Virus record (IMG/VR): IMGVR_UViG_2684623229_000001
Span: 1-64,000 of that record
DNA: 64,000 nt
Source of the DNA: a virus
Lineage: Duplodnaviria; Caudoviricetes
Reading direction: 5' to 3' (one strand)
Part shown: positions 1 to 10,428 of the stretch, piece by piece
Layout: each line of letters opens with the position of its first letter
Position numbering within the stretch: position 1 is the stretch's first letter
Program-made: the position numbers and the translations under genes
Notes under the pieces: generated by a model
Database searches by the model: none
Told to the model about the DNA's origin: nothing
The model's input: the letters and a program-made list of their open reading frames with translations, nothing else

Positions 1-255
1 CTATTTAAAAATGTTATGTTGAATTGCATAAAAAAAGAAGCTTACCAAAGCTCCTACTGATAATCCTATATACCATTTTAAAACAGATACAAGTTGTTTT
101 AATTGATCACAAAGGTTCTCAATTTTAGTATCTATTTTAGATTGATTTTGTTCTATCTTATCAATTCTTTTCCCATGATCATTAAGTCTAATATCATGTA
201 CATTAATTTTTTCTTCTAGTCTTTTATGTTTTTCTTCACAAACTTTTAACTCCAC
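1..255 (-). CDS. XhlA-family holin-like/haemolysin lysis protein
   Basis: 84 aa; N-terminal coiled coil plus one C-terminal TM helix (WYIGLSVGALVSFFFYAI); follows tail genes; GGAGG RBS. Confidence 0.75.
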   Translation of the reverse strand: MELKVCEEKHKRLEEKINVHDIRLNDHGKRIDKIEQNQSKIDTKIENLCDQLKQLVSVLKWYIGLSVGALVSFFFYAIQHNIFK

Positions 256-326
256 ATTATACCTCCATTAAATAAAACACATCTTTTGTATATACTTTTA
301 ATCTATAGCCTTTTTTCTTATATTAC

Positions 327-371
327 AAAAAAATTAGAGCAATAGAAATAATATCTCTGCTCTAATTTTTT
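327..371 (-). terminator. Intrinsic terminator-like hairpin after the adhesin array
   Basis: AAAAAATTAGAGCA...TGCTCTAATTTTTT inverted repeat with A/T tails. Confidence 0.6.
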
Positions 372-410
372 ACAATAAAAAAAGACCTATTATGGTCATC
401 TAATTTATCT

Positions 411-1415
411 TTATTTAGTTTTACACATTGTTAACTTAAATTGATCATCACATAAATCTAGTATTTTATAATCATTACAATTGTATTTGATGGATTTATT
501 ATTCTCATCTGTATCAACTAATTCAATATTATCTATAACTTCATTAATATCTAATTGAAAATCAGTTTTCCAAATATCATTTTCATCTTTAGTCATAGGA
601 AATTCTTTATTATTCAAATTTTGGGTTATTATATTTACATCATCTGCACCATATTTATTGTACCAATTTTCTAATTGAATATTATCTGTAGGTTGTCCAA
701 GATTAATAAAGTTTGATTTAGTTGAATAATAATTTTTATTTTGATTAATTAAATATTTTTTATTTGTAAACTCTATTACTTCATTATATATTTCTAAATT
801 ATCTAACGAACCTTTTAAATAATATTCTTTTGAGTCTGCTAATCCACCTATAGAAAAATTTCTATTATAATAAGAAATATTTTCATGAGTTAATTTTGGC
901 ATTTGTTCAACTGGATTTATTAAATCATCGATATATATTTTAGCTATATTATTATCAAAAGTTAATAATATATCATGCCACTTACTATCTATTAAACTGC
1001 ACTTATATTTTAGATCAAATACAACTTGCCAAGAACTATCTTGTTTTCCAGAAGCAAACCTTATTTCTTGTGTATCCCTTAAATAAGAACACTGTAAGCT
1101 TGCACTGTTTTTATAATTATCATTTCCTACATAAAAAATGACATTCTGATTTTTAATTAAATCATTTTGTAGTTTTATTCTAAATTTAACACTCTTCTTT
1201 CCTAACGGTATTATTGAATTATTAAAATTAATATAATCAGATTCACCATTAAAATTTCTAGCATTACCATCTATTCCAATAATACTTGTTGTACCAACAT
1301 AAATACCATTATATTTTCCTGTACCGTCTGTACAAGTATTGCCACTTGTTTCTTCAAATTTATATTGTGCTACTAAGTTATGGCCATAATCTTTTTTAGG
1401 TATATATTTTTCCAC
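411..1415 (-). CDS. LamG/concanavalin-like domain + C-terminal module D (putative receptor-binding subunit)
   Basis: LVAQYKFEETSG...WHDILLTFD...GSLDNLEIYN LamG-like signature; C-terminal ~115 aa homologous to 4789..5595. Confidence 0.75.
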   Translation of the reverse strand: MEKYIPKKDYGHNLVAQYKFEETSGNTCTDGTGKYNGIYVGTTSIIGIDGNARNFNGESDYINFNNSIIPLGKKSVKFRIKLQNDLIKNQNVIFYVGNDNYKNSASLQCSYLRDTQEIRFASGKQDSSWQVVFDLKYKCSLIDSKWHDILLTFDNNIAKIYIDDLINPVEQMPKLTHENISYYNRNFSIGGLADSKEYYLKGSLDNLEIYNEVIEFTNKKYLINQNKNYYSTKSNFINLGQPTDNIQLENWYNKYGADDVNIITQNLNNKEFPMTKDENDIWKTDFQLDINEVIDNIELVDTDENNKSIKYNCNDYKILDLCDDQFKLTMCKTK

Positions 1416-1480
1416 TATATCACTTCCAATCTATATCTTAAAATGATTTTCTTTAAAATGAATATTTTACATTACCTTCA

Positions 1481-2824
1481 TTATTCTCTCATTAACACTT
1501 CAAATTTGCCATTATTAATTTCTTTAATTTTATCTGATATTTTATAATTATTACAACCATATTCAATGTACTTTTTATAATTTTCTTCTATTAGATTTAT
1601 GTTATTCTTTATATCATTTAGATTAATATCAAAAGATTTGTAATAATCTTTTTCTAGCTTTGTAGGTATTTTTTTATTATTTAATTCTTTAGTAAGTATA
1701 GATAAATCATTATAACCATATTCATCTATTAAATTATCTAATTCTTCATTATTATCTATCTCTCCTAAATCTATATAATTATTATTTATTGAGTAATAGT
1801 TATTATTTTGTTTTATTAAATATTTTAAAACCCTCCACTCCCAATTAGCATTATAAATATCATATGGTTTATATCCTACATCTACTAATTTATTCCATGT
1901 ACTTTTATTAGAACTAACAATATTAAATGGAGTTGCTCCGAAATTTGCTGTTATAGTTCCACCTTTATTTTCTCCATTATTATTTATCATAATGACAGTA
2001 TATACTTCATTCTCTAATGTAATTGTATAATTTGTATCTAATATACCATTAATATAAAAATTTATAATATGATTATCTAAATCAAAAGCCATTCCTATAA
2101 ATGTATTTTTCATAGCATTAATTACACAAGTTTTAATATTACTTGGAAATTGAGATATAGAAGTATACCCTGATAAACTAGCTTCATAAGTAGCCAAACC
2201 TAATGTACATACATTGGGCATATCATTTACTAAAAATTCTGCATAAAACTTACCATTAGTAATAAACTTTGTTGCTTTTATCCCATGATATTCATAGGGA
2301 GGAGTTTTTGAAAGAGAAGCTGTTAAATTATTATTACTTAAGGTATAATTAGTTGTTTTATCATTAGGACTCCATGTTATTATTGATGATAAATTAGGAT
2401 TATAAGGCTTCAACTTTCCATTTTCGTCTATGTCTATTGAATCTAAACCAAACCATCCATACTGATTATCCGTTTTTCTTTCAATATATATTTCAGCACT
2501 ATATTCTTTAAAACTAGGCATTTCTTTTTCAAAAACTAATACTAATGAAGCAGGCGTGATTGGATATATATACTCCACATAACTATAAACAATATTATTT
2601 ATTTTTATTTTAACATCTTTTGAATGACTATTATTCGTAAATACTAATATTCTTATTTTACTTCCAACAAAATTAAAACATATTTTATCTCCTACTGTAT
2701 TTGAATAATGAGAATCATAATCTGTTTTCCATTCATTTCCGATGTAGCTGATGTTTTTATCAGTATCATCATACCTTATCCATCCACTTTCAGGTTGCAA
2801 TAATTGTTCTCCTATTGTAGCCAC
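1481..2824 (-). CDS. PESGW domain + SPRY-like domain + C-terminal module C (putative receptor-binding subunit)
   Basis: N-terminus shared with 3811..4518; LSNNNL...GKFYAEF...IGMAFDLD...FYING...ANFGATPF SPRY-like; C-terminus homologous to 5649..6446. Confidence 0.75.
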   Translation of the reverse strand: MATIGEQLLQPESGWIRYDDTDKNISYIGNEWKTDYDSHYSNTVGDKICFNFVGSKIRILVFTNNSHSKDVKIKINNIVYSYVEYIYPITPASLVLVFEKEMPSFKEYSAEIYIERKTDNQYGWFGLDSIDIDENGKLKPYNPNLSSIITWSPNDKTTNYTLSNNNLTASLSKTPPYEYHGIKATKFITNGKFYAEFLVNDMPNVCTLGLATYEASLSGYTSISQFPSNIKTCVINAMKNTFIGMAFDLDNHIINFYINGILDTNYTITLENEVYTVIMINNNGENKGGTITANFGATPFNIVSSNKSTWNKLVDVGYKPYDIYNANWEWRVLKYLIKQNNNYYSINNNYIDLGEIDNNEELDNLIDEYGYNDLSILTKELNNKKIPTKLEKDYYKSFDINLNDIKNNINLIEENYKKYIEYGCNNYKISDKIKEINNGKFEVLMRE

Positions 2825-2837
2825 TTTATATCACCTC

Positions 2838-3809
2838 CTACACTTCCCTAAATAATATATTACAAATATAACCATTTTTCTTTAAGTTATCTATTGGTCT
2901 AAAAGGTTCACAATTATAAATCATTTCGCATTCTTTTTTTTCTAAATCATCTGTATATACAAGTAATTTAATTCCTTCTAAATTTTCAAATTTACTTAAT
3001 AATAAATCTTTAGTTATTTTACTAATATCACTAAATCCATTACTATTAAAATTATTTTCATCTAATGTTTGTAATGAAGCTTGTACTAAATTGCTCTCAT
3101 TTAATGTATATAAATTATTGTTTTTATCTTGAATTAGATATTTATTTGCTGTAAATTCTATAGCTTCATTATATATTTCTATTTCATCAAGAGAACCGTT
3201 AAAAAAGTAAGGTGGAAGACTTGGATTTCCTGTTTTACCAACAAACAAATTATAACTTGCATTTGTCGTCTCTATTACTAATGGTGTTCCTGCAACATCC
3301 TCATTTATTAAATCATCTATATAAATTTTTGCTGAATTTGTACTTGTAGTACCATCCCAAGTAAATAATACAGTATGCCACTCGCCATCACAAACTGTCT
3401 TATTTGAAGATAACAATAGATTATATGTTCCTGGTGTGCCTTTACTAATATTTACATATACTCCTTTTGAATCATTGATTGCGAATGAAAATCCATAATT
3501 AGCAGTAGCTCCCCCACTATTATTTATAATAAATCCGAATGAAGTTGTTGTTGTTTTTATTTTAAATTTAATACTTTTCTTGCCTATAGGTATTACTTGA
3601 TTACTAAATGTTATATACTCATTTGTGCCGTTAAAAGTTCTATAAGTGTTACTTATTCCTTGTGCTATATCAGTAACGTTAGTAGTACCTATATATGTTC
3701 CGTTATAAGTACCTTTTGAATCTAAACATACTGTACCACTTGTTTCATTAAATTTATAATCTGCTACTAAACTAGCTAAATAATCTTTTTTAGGATAATA
3801 TTTTGCCAT
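2838..3809 (-). CDS. LamG/concanavalin-like domain + C-terminal module B
   Basis: N-terminus paralogous to 411..1415 (PKKDY...YKF.ETSG...DGEWHTVLFTWDG...GSLDEIEIYN); ends PFRPID.LKKN..ICNILF.EV like 6459..7169. Confidence 0.75.
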   Translation of the reverse strand: MAKYYPKKDYLASLVADYKFNETSGTVCLDSKGTYNGTYIGTTNVTDIAQGISNTYRTFNGTNEYITFSNQVIPIGKKSIKFKIKTTTTSFGFIINNSGGATANYGFSFAINDSKGVYVNISKGTPGTYNLLLSSNKTVCDGEWHTVLFTWDGTTSTNSAKIYIDDLINEDVAGTPLVIETTNASYNLFVGKTGNPSLPPYFFNGSLDEIEIYNEAIEFTANKYLIQDKNNNLYTLNESNLVQASLQTLDENNFNSNGFSDISKITKDLLLSKFENLEGIKLLVYTDDLEKKECEMIYNCEPFRPIDNLKKNGYICNILFREV

Positions 3810-3810
3810 C

Positions 3811-4518
3811 TTATTTCACCTCACTTATACTCATAAAATCATTACCAAAAGGTATCTCAAATAACTTACCACTACCTAGATTCCCCTTATCTATACCATT
3901 AATGATTTGTGTATTGATAGTTTCAGTTAATAAATTTAAATCATCTATACCAAAAGTTCCAAAATCAGTTTGATTTAATATTTCTTTTCCTTCTAATTCT
4001 GTAATGGATTCATAATTGCCATTTTTATAAAATTCGGATTTTATTGTATAATAATTATTATTTTGTTTTATAAGATATTTATATAAATTAGGATTATAAG
4101 GTTTCAATTCTCCATTTTCATCTATATCTATTGCATCAAAGTCATATTCTTTATTTTCTGTGTTTATTACTTTTATATGATGTTCTTTATATTTTAGATT
4201 TTGTTTTTGAAATTGTAATATCTGAGTACCACTTCCTATCTTTCCATTTAATATATATATTACATTATCAATAATAATTTTAACATTCTCAGAATAAGCA
4301 TTGCTTGTTGAATTGTTTTGCCCAATAATTCTTATTTTATCTCCAGTAAAATTAAATCTTAATTCTCCATTTGTCTGAATATAAGAAGCCGTTGTTTTAT
4401 AATATGAAGCATAATTCGTATGTATCCAATCTCCAATATAACTTATATTACTATCGGTGTCATCATATCGTTTCCATCTACTTTCGGGTTGTAATAATTG
4501 TTGTCCTATTTGAGCCAC
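3811..4518 (-). CDS. PESGW domain + C-terminal module A
   Basis: QLLQPESRWKRYDDTD N-terminus; C-terminus YYTIKSEFYKN...GIDDLNLLT...GKLFEI shared with 7185..7973. Confidence 0.7.
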   Translation of the reverse strand: MAQIGQQLLQPESRWKRYDDTDSNISYIGDWIHTNYASYYKTTASYIQTNGELRFNFTGDKIRIIGQNNSTSNAYSENVKIIIDNVIYILNGKIGSGTQILQFQKQNLKYKEHHIKVINTENKEYDFDAIDIDENGELKPYNPNLYKYLIKQNNNYYTIKSEFYKNGNYESITELEGKEILNQTDFGTFGIDDLNLLTETINTQIINGIDKGNLGSGKLFEIPFGNDFMSISEVK

Positions 4519-4531
4519 CTTATATCACCTC

Positions 4532-4785
4532 CTATACTTCCTTAAATAATATATTACAAATATCACTATTTTTCTTTAATTTATCTATTGGTCTAAACTC
4601 CTCGTCATTAACAATTCTTTTTTCAGTATTATCTACCAAATACCTCTTACTATCTTATAATTTTGTATCAATTGATGCAGGAGAATAGGTTATTGTATTA
4701 TATGAGACTCCATAAAAATTAAATTTGAAGTATTCATCCATGCTCCTGCATAACTTATATTAATATCTTTAATAGTCCTTTTCTG
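4532..4785 (-). pseudogene. Decayed array member (PESGW-type fragments + end of module B)
   Basis: Manual - strand translation gives DINISYAGAW, a frame change to FKFNFYG, a stop, then ...FRPIDKLKKNSDICNILFKEV*, matching the end of 6459..7169. Confidence 0.65.
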
Positions 4786-4788
4786 TAT

Positions 4789-5595
4789 CTATTTTTCCCT
4801 ATACTGCATGATGTCAAATTCATCATCACATAAATCTAGTATTCTATAATTATTGCAATCATATTTAATAGATTTATTATTCTCATTTATATCAACCAAG
4901 TCAATATTATCCGTAACATCATTAATGTCTAATTGAAAATCAGTTTTCCATATTCCATTTTCATTTTTAGACATGGGAAACTCTTTATTATTTAGATTTT
5001 GAGTTATGATATTTACATCACCTGAACCATATTTGTTATACCAATTTTCTAATTGAATATTATCTATAGGTTGTCCAAGATTTAAGAAATTAGAATTAGT
5101 TGAATAATAATTTTTATTTTGATTTATTAGATATTTTTTAAATATATACGGATTATATTTTTTTATAATTCCGTTGTCGGCTATGTCTACTATATCAAAA
5201 GATATATATCCTTCATCTGTGCCGAAATGTTCTATAATTATTGAGTGTTCTTTATTATCCCAAATAGGACTTTCGTAATAACATGCATGACCATTTACTT
5301 GCCCTAAAGGAGAACTATGCTTTATAGTTACACCATCTATAATTATATTTAGATTCATATTTCTCCCTTCAGTAGTATAAATTTGGTTAAGTAATCTAAA
5401 TTGCTTACCTATGATATTAAATTTTACTGCTGAATATTTTGTTAAATCTTGTGAAAAATGTACATCTCCTAAGTAGAAATTAGTTTTATCTGAATATACT
5501 TTTTTACTCATATTAATATATTCAAAATTTTCATTATCATTATTTATTCTATTCCAGCCTTGTTCCGGAACTAGATAAACATTTCCCAATGCCAT
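4789..5595 (-). CDS. Divergent PESGW domain + C-terminal module D
   Basis: PEQGWNRIN...KEHSIII...FDIVDIADNGIIKKYNP; C-terminus highly similar to 411..1415. Confidence 0.7.
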   Translation of the reverse strand: MALGNVYLVPEQGWNRINNDNENFEYINMSKKVYSDKTNFYLGDVHFSQDLTKYSAVKFNIIGKQFRLLNQIYTTEGRNMNLNIIIDGVTIKHSSPLGQVNGHACYYESPIWDNKEHSIIIEHFGTDEGYISFDIVDIADNGIIKKYNPYIFKKYLINQNKNYYSTNSNFLNLGQPIDNIQLENWYNKYGSGDVNIITQNLNNKEFPMSKNENGIWKTDFQLDINDVTDNIDLVDINENNKSIKYDCNNYRILDLCDDEFDIMQYREK

Positions 5596-5648
5596 AGTAC
5601 ATCACTTCCAATTCTATTTAAAATGAATATTTTATATCGTTCTCATTA

Positions 5649-6446
5649 TTATTCTTTCATTAACACTTCAAATTTAGCATTATTGATTTCTTTAATTTTA
5701 TCTGATATTTTATAATTATTGCAGCCATATTCAATATATTTTTTATCATCTTCTTCTATAAGATTTATACTAGCTTTTACATCATTTAGATTAACATCAA
5801 AAGACTTATAATAATCATTTTCTAGCTTTGTAGGTATTCTTTTAGTATTTAATTCTTTAGTAATAATTGATAAATCATCATAACCAGAATTGTTTATTAA
5901 ATTATATAATTCTTCATTGTTATCTATCTTTCCTAAATCTATATAGTTATTATTTATTGAATAGCAATTATTATTTTGTTTTATCAAATAAAGTAATTCT
6001 TCATCAAAAAACTGTATTTGATTTATTGCTAACCAATCTGTTGAATGTAATTCTAAAAACTCTATCTTTAAAAATCTATATTTTTTAGTAGGATTTTTAT
6101 ACGCATATTCATTAATTTCATTATTATTTTTTATATTATCTATAACATCTATTTCTATATAGTCTATGCCATTGTTACTCATTGATATTTTTATCTTCTT
6201 AGGTAAATATGATATATCATTTCCTTGTATACTTATTTTTGAAGGACTTACTGGATTAATAAAATCTATCTTTAGCCATTCTGTATTATTAGGATATTGT
6301 ATTTGAAATCCATCATAACTAGTACATGTAATATGATTATCAAAAGAAAGATATGGTATATATTGTTTTCTTCCAGTATGGTATCTTGATGATGTAAAAT
6401 TTTCTTGTTTTAAATTATCTGTTAAGTCATTTGACCATTTTCCCAT
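5649..6446 (-). CDS. Discoidin (F5/8 type C)-like domain + C-terminal module C
   Basis: EWLKIDF...PKKIKISMSNNG...KYRFLKI...AINQIQFF discoidin signature; C-terminus highly similar to 1481..2824. Confidence 0.75.
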   Translation of the reverse strand: MGKWSNDLTDNLKQENFTSSRYHTGRKQYIPYLSFDNHITCTSYDGFQIQYPNNTEWLKIDFINPVSPSKISIQGNDISYLPKKIKISMSNNGIDYIEIDVIDNIKNNNEINEYAYKNPTKKYRFLKIEFLELHSTDWLAINQIQFFDEELLYLIKQNNNCYSINNNYIDLGKIDNNEELYNLINNSGYDDLSIITKELNTKRIPTKLENDYYKSFDVNLNDVKASINLIEEDDKKYIEYGCNNYKISDKIKEINNAKFEVLMKE

Positions 6447-6458
6447 ATATACACCCTC

Positions 6459-7169
6459 CTATACTTCCTTAAATAATATATTACAAATATCACTATTCTT
6501 CTTTAATTTATCTATTGGCCTAAAAGGAATTATTTCTGTTTCTAAACTGACATCAGTTTTATTCATATCATCTGTCCACATTAGAAGTTTAAGATTAGAC
6601 TTATCTGGAAAAGCAATATTCAATTGTTCTTCTCCAATTACTGTCGCATCTATAAAACCATTATTTATAAAATTATTTTCATCTAATTCTTGTGAAGGTG
6701 ATAAGACTATATCTGTACCATTAAATGTATATAGCTGAGATTTATATTGAAATAATATAAACTTTTCTAAAACAATTGGATTGATTAATATTGGTAAATC
6801 GAGATTAGCTTCAGCATTATAAGATACTGACATAGCTACTATTTTTAAAACTTTCATTTTCTGTATTGTATCTAGATTAAATGTTTTTTGCCATACATTA
6901 TTATTAGGAAAACTATAAGTTGAATGCTCAATAAAATTTATACCATCTAATGAATATAAAATTTTAAACTTTGTGACATTACAGTAGTCTAAAGTCCAAC
7001 TAGGATACCCAGATGATAACTTAATTGATTCCAAACAAAAATAATTATTATTTTTGTTAATTATTGTAAAATAACCTTTTGTATTTTTTTGTTGTATACC
7101 TCTATATTTGCCTTGGTATATACTATCATAATTAAATATATAATCATTATTTATACTACATTGAGACAA
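6459..7169 (-). CDS. Discoidin-like domain + C-terminal module B
   Basis: VTKFKILYSLDGINF motif; C-terminus shared with 2838..3809. Confidence 0.65.
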   Translation of the reverse strand: MSQCSINNDYIFNYDSIYQGKYRGIQQKNTKGYFTIINKNNNYFCLESIKLSSGYPSWTLDYCNVTKFKILYSLDGINFIEHSTYSFPNNNVWQKTFNLDTIQKMKVLKIVAMSVSYNAEANLDLPILINPIVLEKFILFQYKSQLYTFNGTDIVLSPSQELDENNFINNGFIDATVIGEEQLNIAFPDKSNLKLLMWTDDMNKTDVSLETEIIPFRPIDKLKKNSDICNILFKEV

Positions 7170-7184
7170 TTAAATCATCCCCTT

Positions 7185-7973
7185 CTATTTTATATCTATA
7201 TTATCTATTTTTTTAAACTCATTATTAAGTCTAATTTCAAACAACTTCCCATTACCTAATTCCTCTTTATCGATTCCATTAATAATTTGAGTATCTATAG
7301 TTTTAGTTAATAAATTCAAATCATCTATACCATAAGTTTCAAAATCGGTTTGTGTTAATGTTTCTTTTCCTTCTAATTTATTAATAGGAACAACTTGCTC
7401 ATTTTTATAAAATTCAGATTTTATTGTATAATAATTTGATTTTTGTTTGATTAAAAATAAGCTATTAATATTCAATTTATCATATCCATTTGGCTTATTA
7501 TATTTAAAAGGTTTTTCTCCAAAGTTAACTATTAACTCTTGCAATTTTGAACCTTTAAATACAAGAATTTCTAAATATAATTCTGAATTATTTAAATTAG
7601 TAGATCGAACACCTTCAGATATTCCATTTTTATAAAACTCTAATGTTCCGTTATTAATGGTACTATCATATAAAATACCTATTGTATCTCCAATTTTCCA
7701 AGCTTCTCCGTAACCATTACCATCACTCCAATAACTATTACCTATATTATAATTAGTTAAACTAGTATCCTTTTTAGCTAAAGCAATGATACTATTATTA
7801 GCATTAAAGCTATTTATATAAATTTCAATATATATCTTTTGTTTTTGGGTTTTATTTACTGGTAATGTTGAACGAACACCTTGCCAACTAGTCAATACTG
7901 ATGTAACACTTCGATTATTATTTGATAACTGTACAGTTCCCATATCATTTGGATTTAAATAGTATGCATTCAT
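7185..7973 (-). CDS. SPRY-like domain + C-terminal module A
   Basis: LSNNN...GDTIGILYD...LEFYKNG...VNFGEKPFKY SPRY signature; C-terminus shared with 3811..4518. Confidence 0.75.
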   Translation of the reverse strand: MNAYYLNPNDMGTVQLSNNNRSVTSVLTSWQGVRSTLPVNKTQKQKIYIEIYINSFNANNSIIALAKKDTSLTNYNIGNSYWSDGNGYGEAWKIGDTIGILYDSTINNGTLEFYKNGISEGVRSTNLNNSELYLEILVFKGSKLQELIVNFGEKPFKYNKPNGYDKLNINSLFLIKQKSNYYTIKSEFYKNEQVVPINKLEGKETLTQTDFETYGIDDLNLLTKTIDTQIINGIDKEELGNGKLFEIRLNNEFKKIDNIDIK

Positions 7974-8061
7974 ATTAAGCTTTCTCCCTTCTTCTATTAA
8001 TAACTTTCATTTTTTATTTCAATTTTCTAAATAAAAGCTTAGTATCAAAAATAATACTCAT

Positions 8062-9147
8062 CTAATAATTAATTTTAATATCTCCGCTAAGTTTACATTC
8101 TACTTGCAGTAATGTATTACTAGCGTAAATTACTTCATACAAGTCTTCTTTAACCTGTTTCCATCTTCCAACACCATCATATTGCAAATCTAGTTTATCT
8201 ATCTCTTCAATATCTGTTATGCTGTCCATGCTAAACAAATAAGCAAATCTTATCTTTTTAGTAGTAATTAATTCATTCCAGAATACATCATTAATAGCAT
8301 TAAAAGTAGCAATATTCATCCCACTTTTCCTTACGTCATCTACAGTTAAATTAACATTTACCCATTTTTCTCCACTAAATGTTTTCCATGTGTTACCGCT
8401 ATCCACACTACAAACTATTCTTATATTGTTACCATTAGCAGTTAATCTAAAATAATCTATATGATCTACATTACTTAAATTCATATCACCTTTTGGAATA
8501 AGTAAACGATCAAATGGGATAGCCTTTGTCTTTAATTTTTGAATAACTCCATCTTCAAATGTTTCAAAACCTTCTATTTTTTTAAATAGCGTTTTATCCA
8601 CATTAACACTATATTCTGTAAAGCTTTCTGTATCTTGAACAACTTCAAAATCACTTATATGATTTGTTTCTAAATGTGCTTTACCATCAAAGGTCATCAT
8701 TCTATCGTCAATAAAATCATTACTCTCATCATTAGTAAATTCGTTTTTAACTGATATTAAATCCTGTGTATTTTCTGTATCATACCTCAAAACATTCACA
8801 CGAGGCACTTTAAAATCTACTGTGTTAACAGGGATGTTAACGATTCTAGGCGTTTCAGCACTTCCCACTATACCCATTTTGGATATTTGTTTCATCCCTG
8901 CGCCAACTATTTCTCCTGCATCTATACCATCAATAGTTGTAAACTTTCCTGTTTCCTCTGAATAAGCTACTAATTGTTTATTTTTCTTATTAGTAACATC
9001 TACATCCTCTAGCTCCTCAAATTTTGTAATTCTTTTATCTATTATTTCCTTTTGTATTTTCTCACTTGACCATCCAGTTTTATTAGAAATTACACTATCA
9101 TCTAAAATTATATCCTTGTCCAAAGTTACATTAAAAAATTCACTCAT
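8062..9147 (-). CDS. Putative virion structural protein (fibre/baseplate)
   Basis: 361-aa ORF in the tail operon; TGWSSEKI and LEDVDV motifs resemble those of phage fibre proteins. Confidence 0.55.
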   Translation of the reverse strand: MSEFFNVTLDKDIILDDSVISNKTGWSSEKIQKEIIDKRITKFEELEDVDVTNKKNKQLVAYSEETGKFTTIDGIDAGEIVGAGMKQISKMGIVGSAETPRIVNIPVNTVDFKVPRVNVLRYDTENTQDLISVKNEFTNDESNDFIDDRMMTFDGKAHLETNHISDFEVVQDTESFTEYSVNVDKTLFKKIEGFETFEDGVIQKLKTKAIPFDRLLIPKGDMNLSNVDHIDYFRLTANGNNIRIVCSVDSGNTWKTFSGEKWVNVNLTVDDVRKSGMNIATFNAINDVFWNELITTKKIRFAYLFSMDSITDIEEIDKLDLQYDGVGRWKQVKEDLYEVIYASNTLLQVECKLSGDIKINY

Positions 9148-9158
9148 TAAGCCACCTC

Positions 9159-10166
9159 CTATTCACTAATAACTAAGTGAAAATCTCTAACTGCAAAATT
9201 ATGATTTTCTGCATTTTTAGTTATTTTTACATATATACCTTTACTTTCACGCTGTTTTATACTATCTATAGTTAAAGAGTCTGCATAATTTATACCATCG
9301 AAGGATAATTGTATTAAATCATTACTAGGTGTTTCAGTTCCTATTTTAATATTGTTATAATCCTTATCTCCTATATTTTTAATTGTTATTAGCTCTTCTA
9401 AATCTTGGAGCATAGCAGGACTAACATTAGTTACTACATTTCCATGATATATAATTTCAAAATTATATGGACTAAATACCCACATATCACCATATTGTAA
9501 CTGAAGAGCATCACTAGTATATATCACTTTTCTATCCCTATCTTTAAATGTAAAATATCCACTTATTTTGCTATCTATAAATACTTTACATTCCATATCT
9601 GAATTAAATAATCTAGTTTTAATTAAATTATTATCTAAATCATATAATTCACATAAAGTATTTTCTGGGAAATTCTGAATAGTTACATAGGGTTTAGCAT
9701 AAACCTTGTAATTATTTAATATAAAATCTTCATCACTATACTTCATAAAACCTTGCTTTGTAAGTGGCTCTGCAAATTCCATTCCGCCCATGTTTGTATA
9801 ATTTTTGCCATCATTACTTGAATAAGCTTGTATATAATTATCTTTCTTAAGTATTTTCCAATATCTATTTTGTTCATTTGATTTTAAATCCTTAATACCA
9901 AAAATATGATCGCTATTCCCTAAATAAAGCATGGAATAATCCATATCTTTTATATCATTGAAATTTTCTTTTTCAACCTCAATAACAAATTCTTTATAAT
10001 CAAATTTTCTTTCTATTTTATTATTACTTATTAGTTTTAATTTACCTGTTTTAATATCTCTAGTTATATTGCTTTCTCCCGCAAAATCAGCAAAAGAAGA
10101 AGCCAAGAAAAAATTCTCAGCTTCTAATAATCCATTTTTAACTTGTATAAGTTTCATTGAGATCAC
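9159..10166 (-). CDS. Putative virion structural protein, lectin-like N-terminal half
   Basis: 335-aa ORF in the tail operon; AYSSNDGKNYTNMG ConA-like motif. Confidence 0.5.
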   Translation of the reverse strand: MISMKLIQVKNGLLEAENFFLASSFADFAGESNITRDIKTGKLKLISNNKIERKFDYKEFVIEVEKENFNDIKDMDYSMLYLGNSDHIFGIKDLKSNEQNRYWKILKKDNYIQAYSSNDGKNYTNMGGMEFAEPLTKQGFMKYSDEDFILNNYKVYAKPYVTIQNFPENTLCELYDLDNNLIKTRLFNSDMECKVFIDSKISGYFTFKDRDRKVIYTSDALQLQYGDMWVFSPYNFEIIYHGNVVTNVSPAMLQDLEELITIKNIGDKDYNNIKIGTETPSNDLIQLSFDGINYADSLTIDSIKQRESKGIYVKITKNAENHNFAVRDFHLVISE

Positions 10167-10168
10167 CT

Positions 10169-10423
10169 CTAAACTCTAGGCTGCATTATATAATCATATG
10201 GTACAAACTCAACTATTTGTATATCTTTAGTTCCTATACCATTTGCTAATAATGTATGTGCTTCCTCTAGTGCATCTTCATAACAATTAGTAGCGTAAGA
10301 TGTTATTTCACTTCCATTTTTATCTGTTTCATGGCCGTATGGTAATTGGGCTAAGGTTTTATTTTTTAATATTCCCCACATCTTTTGTCTAGTTTTTTTA
10401 AAATCTATTGTACTTGTTAACAT
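10169..10423 (-). CDS. Hypothetical protein of the tail operon
   Basis: 84 aa, GGAGG RBS, tightly packed with neighbours. Confidence 0.6.
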   Translation of the reverse strand: MLTSTIDFKKTRQKMWGILKNKTLAQLPYGHETDKNGSEITSYATNCYEDALEEAHTLLANGIGTKDIQIVEFVPYDYIMQPRV

Positions 10424-10428
10424 ACTAT

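Noticed and set aside
411-7973. Diversity-generating retroelement or invertase shufflon behind the adhesin array
   Set aside because: No reverse transcriptase or recombinase in the window, all genes are co-oriented, and repeat differences are not adenine-specific
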